This document shows, piece by piece, positions 36,301-48,590 of a stretch of DNA of 64,000 bases. Origin of the DNA: Cyanophora paradoxa CCMP329. Its lineage: Eukaryota; Plantae; Glaucophyta. The stretch spans positions 248,001 through 312,000 of the forward strand of contig QPMI01000010.1 in NCBI GenBank assembly GCA_004431415.1, read 5' to 3'. The position numbers and the translations under genes are program-made. Position 1 is the first letter of the stretch. Each line of letters starts with the position of its first letter. The notes below the pieces were generated by a model. That model was not told the DNA's origin. It ran no database searches and saw only the letters and a list, made by a program, of their open reading frames with translations.

Positions 36301-39300
36301 CGGCATTGCTGTTCAACGGGTCGAGAATGCAAAGTCATGGGCAGTGAAAATGTCTTATCCTAATAGTATTCGAATTCACGCACAAACAATGACCCGACCG
36401 GAGGTTGAATCCACGCGCTTGTTTGCCTCAGCAAATGTGTACTTGGAGAACACCACCTCCTCACTGGTAGCGTGTCAGCGTGTACAAGCTCAATACATAT
36501 GATAGCCCAAATTTAAATGCAAACAGAAACGATCAAACCCTGTGGAGCAGACTGTCAAGACGTTGCCTTCGACGTATGGCCCGCGTGCGTCGAGGTATTG
36601 GCGGCAAACAGCGCTTGCAGGAGCCGCTCCGTGGTCAGACCCCACGCTTATGCTAACATCGACGTCGCTGGAGCTGGCCTGCAGCACCCGGCGTGACGAG
36701 CTCACTGTGAACGGATCTAGTGTGTGCAAGGTAAGCGCATCTGAGATATGCATATGCGACCGAACTATCGCGAAGTCGAACAGATCCGCGCCCGACGGGC
36801 CGGCACGCACACGGGACGTCAAAAATGAGGGCGCCGGCGTCAGTGCATGTCGTGTTGGTCCAGTACTCGGGGAAGCGACGACTGAGGGTGCAGGATCCAC
36901 TGAGATCGCAGGTGCGGTTGAAACCGCAAAAACTAGGTCGGTTGAAGCCGGTATAGGTGCAGGAGCTGCTCGCATTTGAAGAACACGTTGTTGGTGCAGC
37001 CGCGACTCGTCCTTCCAGCGCGCCTGCGCGGATGCGTGCCAGATCAGATAATCATATAATTACTTCAGCATGCAAGTGCAGGCTCGCTATATATATTGTA
37101 TAAAAAGAACAGTAAAGACTACATATGGCTTCAAGGGGGACGCGGAAGCTTAAGCACCGTCAGGCGTGGAGCGGAGGTCAGCGATGGCGGAGAGATCGAT
37201 AAGGACCGCGGAGTTCTTGGTCGTGGCTGTTAGCGGGCCCGACGGTAGGCTCGCCCCCTCCTCGTGCCCGCAGGCAACAGTGATCGCTGCGACTCAGCAG
37301 TTGGCGGTGGAAACCGCGAGGCTCGACGGGTTCAAGCATCTCGAGTTTAACTCACCATACGTCTGGCCGGGTCTCAGCACGTATATGCTGGGGTTCGTCG
37401 CCATCGAAATGGTTGCAGAGCCGAGCGGCACATCGACGGCGCCTGATCGAGGCGTAAATAAGTCCGCTGCACAAATCACATGCGCAGTGCACGTGAGGTC
37501 TTTTTGAATTCGTACCCGCGAAGTTTCCGCCGACATAGCAGGAGCAGTTAAGCACAGGAGTTCCACCACCGTCGCCGGGCTGAACAGAGAACACAACGTA
37601 CTGAGCCTGATTGTTGTTGTTGCGGACCGAGCGTCAGACGACTGAGAACAGATGCATTGAACACTATTTCTCGCGAGGCTGCGGCCCTTACCTCCACAGA
37701 GATGAGCTCCAGATTCGAGGGAGGCGGTACCACTGCGCGTAAACGGGCGCGCTCAGGTTTTCAAAATTTGTTTGAGCTCTGCGCACGCAACCACTTGATC
37801 ATTACAAGCTTGTCGCGTAATGCACCTCGCGTAGTGAAGGTCTGAACCAGCTCGGCGCCCTTTCCGCCCTCATTGAAGCAGGCTACGGAGAGGGAGTAGG
37901 TTCTATTGGGCGCAAGGCCGGTGATCTCCGCGCTAATGTCCGCTACCTGCACGGACTGAAGCACGCCCGGCATCCGCATACCGCAACTCTGGACGACTAC
38001 ACCGCCGGATGCCTGTGCCTGCTCCACGCAGTACAGATGTGTGCCGTCGCTACGGTACGTTGCACCGGCGTCGACGCGCCTCGAGCGAAATGCTTCAAGG
38101 CCGTCAATGAAGGCGGCGCAGTAGGCAACTAGGCCCCGAGGGGGCGCTCCCGGTGGGAAAGCCGCTGACGGGGGCGGCGCGTACGTAATGCGGACAGACC
38201 GCACACGTGGCACCACTATAAGCGAGACGGGTGCGGCTAGCTTCGGCGGCGGCGGTGGCGAGGTCGGCTTCGGTGGCGAAGGCGGATCGCCACCGGCGCC
38301 AGCGATTGTGAAGCTCGCCTCTGAGCTTGCGGGGCTGGCACCGTACGAATTTTGACATGCCGTGTGCACGACGTAGGTGCCGGGACCCACGTTCGCGGAG
38401 GCACCCGTTGCCGAATCCACGTAAGTGAAGATAGATAGGCTGGCAGACTGCTTTCCGCCAAAATCCTCATCTTGAAGCGTTGGACCGATTCCCTGATAAT
38501 AGTTAGAAGTTGCAAACTTGATGGTGCCCGGCACTGATGCATGACATGGATATGTGGACTGTCATTTCGCACCTCAATTTGCGTAGCGCCGGCAGTGAAC
38601 CTAATGTAAAGTGTGCAATTGAACCGGGCAAGGGCGTGGTAAGGCGCCGTGAAGTTTGAGCGGGACACTGATACAATGAACGAGCTGTCAAACTTGGATA
38701 CGAGTTCTGGGGCTGGAGGCTGGACTGGGGGGCCGTTTGCTGCGAGTGCAAAGTGCAAGAGAACGAGGTCAGGGGAGAAAGCTTAGTGCCACGTTGCTGT
38801 AACGATACAGATCTAGATCTCGACACATAAACGAGGCAGATATTTAGAACCGCTGGCGTAAATTTAGGCCTAAGTACCGTAGAACGTTGCCAGCGCGCTG
38901 AAGGGCGAGACACCCTCCTCGTTACGGCATCTTGAAAAGACCTGCGAGGAATGGATCACTGGCTGCAGCTGCAAGGTTTGCGAGCTAAACGCAGCGCATG
39001 TAAACACGCCGTGTAATTCTGGTGTGGCTTGACGTTCCGCAGCACGAAAGTTGTGGCATTCTTGGAAGACACGTTGGTCGATACGCCGTGGTCTGCGAAC
39101 ACACAGAAACCCTGAACCACGTCGGAGAGAAAGCGCGAAATCACGACGCGCACCAACGACGACCTCGCCAATCATTGCATACAGATCGCAGGATGTTAGA
39201 GCTGGGTACGCATCCGAGGCGTTGCCAAGACGGAACTGCAAGCGGGCGTCACTTGCGATTGGATAATAAGCTTGAGGGCGCCCATTTATCGATTACTAAG

Positions 39301-42300
39301 CGATGCATCAATATCGCGCCTGAATCGTCAAGAGTTTGTCGGTTGCTCGAAGCAGGACGGGTTTCGCTGGAGCCGACGGGACAGAACGCGACCGGACTGC
39401 GGGTGCCAAAGAAAGATAGATATTAGCGGAAGAAGGCTTTAGCTTCATATCATTCGGGTGAATCGACCTGTTTGAGTTGGGCCCGAGCCGGGGGCATGAA
39501 CTTCATAAACAAAATTGCTCGTATATAAATTGAGTTTAGGCTCGAGACCGTATTCTTCTCGCTGTTCAAGTTGCATCGTGAATTGGTTTATTAGATGTTG
39601 ATGTGACCAGACATTCTCCATTAGCCATCCGTATTCGGGGTTGGGGTATAGCACTGTGAACGTGGACTGGTACATTGCCATCGCTGGGGGACCGTGAGGC
39701 CTAGGGGTCGCAAGAAACATCACAAGACAAGAAACTATTTGCCTCCGGGCCCTTGTACTCTTGGCATGTCGGCTGTTGTTGTCTGGAATGCATACCCCAA
39801 CGAGTCATCCCGCTCAGAAACTTCCCAAGGAAATATTCCATTGATGCCCAAGCCAAGAAATCTGAACGCGAAAGGCGGGAGTGACCAAAATGCAGCACGT
39901 TGCAAGCACTGTACGCGCACAGTCTACAGTTGGTACTTGAATACGCGATTGGTCCGGCCTTGAAATTGAGAGGCGGTAGCTTTTCGACCGTATGAGTATC
40001 TGAGAGTATCGTTGAAGGATCGTTGAAGAACTTTTGCGGAAAACCAACCTCGATCGACTTGGAAAGCGAACGGCTCAAACATGGTCAAATTACCGTTTTT
40101 CTTTGCCGGGAAACGCCCTTCTCAAATGCGTAATGCAAATGCACCGCGATCGATAAATACACGGGGCTCGCGAGCCAACAATTCATTGTTCACACCTGTT
40201 CCCAGAAAGAGCACGCGGTCATTGCAGCTGAAGGCAGCCCCGATGGCACCCCGTGAGACAGTAGCATACGTCCACACATGGGTGATTTCTGGCGAAGATG
40301 ATGCAAGGTCGATGTAGCTGCAGCGTGGCACTGCATTAAAGGGGGTGGCGGCGGTGGCGAGCTGCAGAAATGCGGGAGGACGTACAAGAGTGAGTAGTAC
40401 CAGGCATCGGCGCCTTGATTGGTGTACGAGCCAGCTTGCTTTGGGAGCCCCAGCTCGCGGCCTCCATAGAAGTACCACCGTGACCCCGAAAGCGTGTGGA
40501 GCATCTGGACACGAGCCTTCCTCCCAGGAACAGAACCCTCCTTAAGGGCAGACTTTCCGGTCGCGTCGTCTATGAGGAGCGTCGCGACCCCAGATGGTGT
40601 GAGCCGCCAAAGGTCTGAGGCGAGAGCGGTTAGACAGGTGGAGCTCGAACGCTCATGGCCTTAAGAATTCCGCGTGCGCACCCATGAGCCCATCCTCAAC
40701 GCTCTCGCCTTGGTCTGTTCCGTTCATTCCGCCTGCTCTGTATTTAGCATCTTATCGCTGGAAGAGCTCACGCGAGAACTCGAACCGAACAGATAAGTTC
40801 TGCCGCCATAATACTGCATGTGGTGATGCCACCTGGGCCCAGGGCCGCCACCGCTCACTTCAATCTGTCTTACCGCAGATAACAACCCGCGACATTTCGC
40901 TTTCAAATTGACGTCGAATGCAAGATACTGCAGGGTCTCTAGATTAATCGCAGCGAAATAAAACGGCGAATTGCTTGTAGGCCTACCTCATTAACCATGC
41001 CTACCCACGGCCATCGCATCCCACCATAGCAATAGATTGTCGAATCGCCGTAAGCGCACGCGTGAAAGAACTGTCCTACGCTGGGTAGTGCGGCGGGGGC
41101 CGCGTCGTCTTCGCGACTGCAGCCGGGTACAAGCGGCTCCAGGTTCCAGATTTTGATCATCGCTTGTGGTTTTGCGTCTAGTTCCTTGGTGTTGAAATTG
41201 AATATATTTGCGGTTGCACCTCCCTAGAAGTGAAGCGCGTGCACGTGCCAGGCGCCCTGTGAGCGAGAGCGGAGTCGTAACATTAAAATTGAAGGCGCTT
41301 GCGTACTATTTGAACCATCTTCTTCTGTCCATCCTCGGTCTGCAAAAACACAGCCGCAGTCCCCCACAAGCCATACTTCTTTGCTGGCCAGATAGGGGGG
41401 GCTACAGCGAGTCTGATGCTCACGTCTAGGCGTTCAAGGGGCTCCGTGGCTGCGCATGATGCATATGAGCAGATCTAGATAGATAATTAAAATTTATTCC
41501 CATTAAACTATGCTGACCGGAGTAGCGGAACAGCCTGGCATGAAGTCCAGTGGTCGGCGGGTGCCCATTCATGCTCAGATCCCGCCCGCCAGCCTGGATC
41601 GCAGCGCAAATTAAAGCTTAAGTGATCGACCTGAGAGATTTGGACAATTAGGTCAAACCGTCTTCCGTACCTCATACAGAGTGCAATTTCCGTCTGTCGC
41701 GAATGCTGGTCCTCGGCTTGAGATGGAATTTCCATCGTACTGATCGGCGCCTCATCACGTATGTACGCGCGAGTTTAACAAATTGGCGGCGACGCAGACC
41801 ATATCGCTTGTGACGTAAATCAAGTTCATCTTGTAGAAAGGTGTTCCAGCGTAAGTGAAGTTTGTTCCATCTAGTTAATTGATGCACATGGGTACGTCTA
41901 GAAAGAACAGGGAAAATCCGAAACAAAAGCCGCGCACTGTTGACGTCGAAGAAGCCGTACTGCACCATGAGACCTTCATCTTTATAACTAATGTGAGCGC
42001 TAGCAAGACCCGACTGCTCGCGTAGAACGCTGGATGTTCACATGGAGCACGTAGAGGTACATACAAGTGGTCAATCATTCGACCAGATCTCGGAATTACA
42101 GAATAAACACTTACTTCCACTTGAAGGCCACAAAGGGACCGCAATTAAAAAGACCAACCGGCCATCCAGCATGGAACAACCGGGAATCTACTTGTAAGAA
42201 TTGCTTGCGGTCATCAGGTTCGGACAAATCCATCTACGTACAGTCGCAAATCCAGTTGGTTTGGCTGACATGCGCGCAGCAGATATAAAAACTAATAAAA

Positions 42301-43971
42301 TGCGAACCACCCAAACAACCTGCTTTGTTTTGTACATATTTAGAGTTTCGACACCTCTTAGTCGCCCTTTGTCGTCACGAAATCCGGTCATTGTTAATGT
42401 TTCGCTTGCGTCTCCAGGTCCGTTTGATCCACTGTCGTCTTGGAGCACGTAATTATCAAACATGCCGCCGGCAACAAACAGTCTTGAGCCATGGACCGTC
42501 CATCCTGATGTCGATCGTAAGATTTCATGGCGTGCCGCCATGAGAGTCCGGCCGGCGTCATTGAATGTGCCGATATGGGTTCGATTCGAGGCGAGGCTGA
42601 CCTGCTTTGGCGCGTCTGAAAAGTGACCAGTAGTAGGAGTCGCCATACTTGCCGGCCGGGAGGTCGACTTTGGGAGACGCCCCCCCGGCTGCTAGCGGTA
42701 CTGCGAAACAGGATGGTGCATGCTCGGCAAGGGGCGGTTTAATTGTGCATGTGGAGCACGGCGTACAAGGGCTCCAGCTTTCAGCAGCGATGTCGTATTT
42801 GTCCCAGCGAGTATTCCATACCTCCTTCGGCACAGTCGTCGTCTTGAGTCCCAGGCCGATGTATAGAGCTCCTTCATAATAGGCCTTCGAAATTGCGTTT
42901 TGCGAGGAAAACCATCATCTTTCAATTCAGAGATCGAGGTCATAAGTGCAAACCAATACGTGCGCCCTGTGTTTGGAAGTGTAGGTAGTGACGTCTTGTA
43001 TTTTGGTCAGATTGGTGTCTGAGTGCAAATGTTAGATCGACTACGAATTCGAGAGGGCTATAGCTAGCGCCATGATCATGAATCGCTAGAGTCGGGCGGA
43101 GTTAGATCCGGATTTGGAGATAATGTTAGAACGCACCCATTTTCCAAACTTTGGCCACGTTGTCGCAGGTCGAGCAGACTGTCCCTTCCACATTAAACTC
43201 GCCAATACGGCCACCCGAACAGTAGATATATCCGGCCGGATCGTTGTCCCTTCGGAGGGAGATCATGATCAGTCACCCATCATGACACATGTACATGTAC
43301 ACGCATGGCCAGAAGGATGTCTCTTTTGATCTATAGCTATGCATGATGCACGCGCAACCAGACGCACCAGGTGCACGCGGCCCCTTCCAGAGCTTTATCC
43401 GGGCCCCCTGTGAGCGAATCCATGTACGATTGAAATGCTTCGATGTACATCCAATTGAAATTGACTGCACGACGACAGACGAATTTAAAGTCGAAAGACG
43501 TCGGAAGCCATGCACGATCGCGATGGCGTGCGCGGCGCTCGGCGGCGCACGATCCACGTCCACAGAGAAGACGCGGTTCCCGACCCCCCCGGCCGCCGCA
43601 TTCGGCCCGCCGCCGACGACTAGGAGGCGCTGCTCTCCGGACGGATTCACGTAGTAGACCATCGCCGCCAGAACGAAACCCGTTGGTCTGTCAGCGCCCT
43701 GCGCGGCTATCTCTCTCTCGACCATCAGCGCTGCCTGCACTGCCCAAAGACCTGCGATCCATCCAGGTGCAGCTGCAGTCGGCAACCGCCCGAGGGTTCG
43801 GAAAAGCAGACGCAGCGGCGCACCGACAGTGTTCATGATCACCGTGGCCACCGCAATTATGAGAGAAATGGACATCCACGGGGGCCATGTGCGCACATGC
43901 GCTCGCGCGTGCTGAAGGCGCCAATCGCCAGCTGCAGGTTGCCGTTGGCGAGCAGTTCGTGTGCGAAGCAT
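33316..43971 (-). CDS. Large type-I membrane/cell-surface protein with N-terminal Kelch repeats and multiple fibronectin type III domains
   Basis: Signal-like MSISLIIAVATVIM. Kelch motifs RLLVVGGG, ALYIGLG, RLFVAGGM, TIYCYGGM, WYFYGGRE and FHACAYG. FN3 motifs ITGLAPNRTYSLSVACFNEGGKG and VDGLETGAPYSIAVLCRNRLGSG. TM segment LAIGLGVGLGV|AAVLVIAGLL followed by RFAHKKRAR. The exact start and stop, and whether this is a single gene, are uncertain. Confidence 0.7.
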
Positions 43972-44650
43972 AATGCCTCCTCGAGCTCGGCCTTGGCTTG
44001 TCCGACGGTCTTGTTCGACGATCTGAAGCTTGATTAAGACTTGCTTAGTATACGTACTAGTACTGCCGCAGTACATGCCAGCCTCGGCGGGCGCCGCGGA
44101 GCTCAGCAGCAATTGCAAACCACCGTACGCTAGCCTAGTACTACGGTGGCGCTACCGTACTACGGTACTACATGCACGGGCACGCCGTAATACGGCCGTA
44201 TACCGGTATATACTAGTACTAGTACCGTACGTACTACGGTAACCGTTGAACCACGCTACCGCCTACTATAGTAGGCGGCTACTACCGGTAGCCGGCTACT
44301 AGCCGCTGAGCCTACTATAGTCAATACTAGTGTACCGGTACTACCGGCTACTACCGGTCAGACTGGGTCAGTGGCGGACCTGCCAGGCTGCAGCTGGCGG
44401 TCACGGCGGTAGTACCGGTAGTCACTGAGTAGGCGTCGCTACCGGACCAGTAGTACCGGTAGGCGGCGGTACCGTACTACTGCCGTGCCGCGCCGCGCGC
44501 GGCGGTAGCCGGCTACTAGCCGCTGTCTGGCCCGCTGAGCCTATCCACGTCTTTGTCCACATCTATCACGGTGGGTGGGCAAACGTCTGACTTGATACCT
44601 GTCTAACATAATACCATAACTCAGTACTGGCCCTATATATAGTCTAGCGC

Positions 44651-44838
44651 TACCGTGTAATACTTAATTACCGCGCTGACATAACTACTGCGCTACCATA
44701 TGCATATTACTGCGCTCAAAATTTTTAGAACGCAGTAATTTGGTAGCGCAGTATTAGCCCCTTTGCTAACAAATTTTTGGATTTTCGAGGCCGATGGAAC
44801 GCAGTAATTTGGTAGCGCAGTAGCGCAGTAATTTGGTG
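44651..44838. mobile_element. Truncated copy of a Tc1/mariner-pogo-type MITE
   Basis: Left TIR TACCGTGTAATACTTAATTA plus internal CGCAGTAATTTGGTAGCGCAGTA repeats, colinear with 46041-46230. The right TIR is absent. Confidence 0.8.
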
Positions 44839-45576
44839 TACATCTGCCGCGAGGCTGTACATGTGCCGAATAGCGCCGAATATTAAGTGCCACCGGAGAT
44901 TTCATGTTTTACAGTATAGCGGGCCTTAGCGGCTCAGCGGCTGCAGCTCAGCGGCTGCTGCATGGGCCCAGGTAGTCACTGATCATGAGTTGACGAATAT
45001 TTCATGCCTTCCGTGTTCGAATCGCCCTGCGATGAGATTCACGCCTTCGATTCCCGCCCGTTCCACATAATTCCGATCGATCATGCCCCACCTTGCCTGT
45101 ATACGCCCCCACACTGGGCCCACAGTGCTGGAGTAGACTAGAGGCTGTGTCCGGTAATTCACCAAAAAAAAGACGAATATTTTGATGACGAATATTTGAT
45201 GCTCTTCACCTGAAATTGTGTATCGAGAGGGGTACCAACGGCTGTATCGAAAATTTGATGCTGTCGAACCATATTTTCGTCACGATTTTCGGGTTTTGTC
45301 GAAATTAAGTCTCGACGAAAATTTCTATAGCTACGTTTACAGTACAATGCAACTTGTAGCAACAGTCACGAACTTCCGATCGCGAACGCGCGTGACCGTC
45401 GGACGTTAACCGTTGAACTTCAGAAATTTTCGAACATTTGTTTTGCAAAAGTGGACGTCGCATTGATCATCGGATACACCACGGCACATGTATCAATGTT
45501 CTACGTGACGTGCCCTTCCGTTCAGAAATTTTCGAACACTGACTCTGCACGTCCGAAGTTACTCCGAACCGTTGAA

Positions 45577-45990
45577 CGCTACGAGTTATGGCTCTATGGC
45601 GCGATTTCCGCCATACAAACCTTTTTCCGAGTCAAGTTGATTGACTCAACTCGGCAGAGCTCTCGACCAATGGCCGCCCGGTGCCCGGTTTCGAGTCAAA
45701 TTAGTGTTGCCAGGTGCCCGCGTTTTCCCCGTACTAATTCGACTTGAAAATGCCAGTGTTTTCTGATTGGGCACGTGACGGTATATTTCGCATGCTAGCG
45801 CTATATAAAAGCTGCTGTTGGCAGTTACTAGGCGGCGGTTACTAGGACTGTACCAGGTAGCTACTAGAACCTACCAGGTAGCTAATTTACACAAGGGCAA
45901 GATCTGCCAGCCGTGCATCCGGCGCCTGCCAATCTGGAGTTTGGCCCCAGTTCGCCAGGAAACTCCGCCTAAGGCCCATAACTCGTAGCG
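45577..45990. repeat. ~410 bp element bounded by a 15-bp perfect inverted repeat, with an internal imperfect palindrome
   Basis: CGCTACGAGTTATGG (45577-45591) / CCATAACTCGTAGCG (45976-45990). Inside is CCAAT...TCGAGTCAAATTAGT...ACTAATTCGACTTGAAA...ATTGG. Confidence 0.6.
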
Positions 45991-46040
45991 GAACTCCGAC
46001 GGTCCTACGTCACAGGCTACGTGTACGGTCACTACTAGGC

Positions 46041-46302
46041 TACCGTGTAGTACTTAATTATCGCGCTGACATAACTACTGCGCTACCATATTAGTATGAT
46101 ATCGATGATATTACTGCGCTAAAAAGTTTTAGAACGCACTAATTTGGTAGCGCAGTATTACCCCCTTTGCTAACAAATAATAGATTTTCGAGGCGGATGG
46201 AACGCAGTAATTTGGTAGCGCAGTAAAGCGCCTACGTATATACCGGCGCAGAACTTTTGGAGCGCAGTAATTTGTGGCGCAGTAAGTAAGTATTACACGG
46301 TA
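46041..46302. mobile_element. Complete ~260 bp MITE with TA-flanked CCGTG TIRs (Tc1/mariner-pogo type)
   Basis: TACCGTGTAGTACTTA ... TAAGTATTACACGGTA (1 mismatch in 16), TA at both ends, and internal subterminal repeats. Confidence 0.85.
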
Positions 46303-46764
46303 GTACGGTGACGTACGGTCACGTAACGTACCGGTACCGGCGTCGGTCGACGTCATTTATCATTTTTTTCAAAAGTGGACGTCACATTGATATTAAGAAC
46401 ACCATGGCGCGGCACAACTTCCGCACAAATCCGGGATCCTCACACTCCTTATAATAATATTTTCAATGATCAAATTGTCCTCAATGACGCGTGCGTGAGT
46501 CACGTGAGGCGCCCTGACGTCGACGACGTGCGGACCGCGCGCGGCGCGGTCCGCCGCCGTCCCCCGCGAAGAATACCTTCTAAAATTTTATAGAATAAAT
46601 GGCGCCGGCAGTTTTGAAGCAATTTAAAGTGGCGCCGGCAGTTTTGGCAATTTGGCAAAGTACTAATTATTTTCCTGTACTAAATTAACTAGTTATTCAG
46701 TACTAGCATAGTACTAGTATCGTACTACGGTATTTGGTTTTGCTTTGTCGATTTTTAATTTTAC

Positions 46765-46808
46765 TACCTACGGGGGGTTCGCCCTTTCGTAGTCTCTCAA
46801 AAAAACAT
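46765..46808. mobile_element. Conserved element terminus (copy 2): hairpin CTACGGGGGG-TTCG-CCCTTTCGTAG + TCTCTCAAAAAAACA
   Basis: Matches 3288-3330. Confidence 0.5.
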
Positions 46809-48335
46809 ATTTGGTTTTGGTGAATTTCCGCCGTTTACTTAAGTTACCGGCCACCAGTGATGGTATTCCGAATTCGAATTTCTCCAAAAAACAGTGGCAC
46901 AGCCTCAGCCGCACAGGTAATATCATAGTATATTGACAGTACTCTAGTACAGTAACCGTCGACGTCGACGCCGTGACGTCGCCGTCTCGCCCGGCCGCGG
47001 TAAGTCCGGTAACCCTAAGCGTGACTCAAGCGCATGCATCCGATGATCATGCATATGCATGCGACTGAGTACTAGTCACGTCCGACCGTCGGACGGTCCT
47101 TTGTGACTCTCTATTATAGTAAATTGCAAAATTTTGCAATTGTGAGTAAATCGTCTCTGAATCAGTAAGTTAGTAACGTGACCTTCGAATTCAGCGGTCC
47201 GTCCGACGGTCAAGTCGTCAATCGTTTACAACTTTACCTTCCGGCCGAGTCCGACCGTCGGACATTCGACTTTAATTTATATATTTTAAACTTGATTATG
47301 GCATCATTGCCAAAAACAAAGTTGGCATCCGCAGCCGTGATATCGATGTCGGATGACTCGGATCATCGGATGCACGGCGTCTACGAAGCTACGTATACCC
47401 GGACTCTATAGCTACCGGTACCGTAGTACTGCCACCGTACTGGTCCGCCGGGCCGGTAGATCTGATGACTCATGATCCGCGCCGATCATCGGATCTCATT
47501 ATCACTGATCGATCAGTCACTGAGTCATCTGACTCAGTGACGGAGCTCCCGGTCCGGGTCCCTGTCACTCCCTGATCATGACACTCCCTGTTACTCCCTG
47601 ATTCCCGGAGTCGACGTCCGTACGGTACGGTCCGGAGTTTCAAATTCGAATTCGGTGCCAGCCTGGGAGGCCGAACCGTCAGTTTCTCCCGAGAACTCCC
47701 GAGTTTCGGTGCCAGGCACTGCCAGCCTGGGAGGTCGAACCGTCAGGTTAACGTTTCAAGAACTCTGCTCAGCGGCTACCCTACCCCTCCTATGCGAGAG
47801 CGAACCGTTGAACCGTTTTTTGTTTCGGCGGCCCGGCGGCGCCGGCGCCGGGGCCGGCGGATCGATATCATCGCGATCAATATCGGATCCTCAGTGATTC
47901 CTCACAACAACTTGCAAGTTGGCAAGTTCAGTGCCCTTCACTGATGAGTCATGGACTCATGGCATCATTGATCTGCCAATGTTTTACCCCGTTAACGTTT
48001 TTTGTTCTGAAAATCGCAGGATTCGCAGCTTGGCCCAACTAGTACTTGGCAACTTGGCAAGTTGGGGACCCGGGGATCCGATGATCCTCCGACCGTCGGA
48101 CCATCATGGCCCAGGCCAGTCTGGCAGTGGCATGCATGCGCATCGAATGCCATCGATACTCGGATATCTGGAGTCTCAGAGTCTGCCAATGCCATTGAAT
48201 GATGCCGCCTGCCGCTGAGCTGCCTCAGCGCTAGCCTAGTAGCCTGCCTGCCTGAGCTGAGTGAGCTCCGAGGCTTGATCACCCGAGTCGATGCGCGTGT
48301 ATGTGGCGGCATTGTGGCCGCAGTGGCGGCCCTGG

Positions 48336-48517
48336 CGGGAGTCGCGGGACTCGGGACTCGGGAGTCGGGAGTCGGCCCCCGGGCCCCGGGGCCCGGCCCA
48401 GTCGGGACTCGGGACCGTCGGACTCGGCCCCCGGGACTCCGGGAGTCGGGATCGAGTCGGCCGCGGGACTCGGGAGTCGGGAGTCGGGACTCGGGAGTCG
48501 GGACTCGGGACTCGGGA
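48336..48517. repeat. Degenerate 7-mer minisatellite (TCGGGAC/TCGGGAG)n
   Basis: Directly visible, about 75 bp upstream of the ATG at 48591. Confidence 0.85.
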
Positions 48518-48590
48518 TACTATGATACTATGATAGTATATAGCTATTACGATATACAGTCGTGAGGAGCCTAAGCTTGGAGAGCTCGAG

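Noticed and set aside
42558-42660. Frameshift in the Kelch gene (overlapping ORFs)
   Set aside because: Resolved by a GT-AG intron (RRAKA|GWTVHGSRLFVAGG).
46598-46650. Retroviral primer-binding site (TGGCGCC)
   Set aside because: It is a local direct repeat TGGCGCCGGCAGTTTT with no adjacent LTR end or gag/pol ORF.
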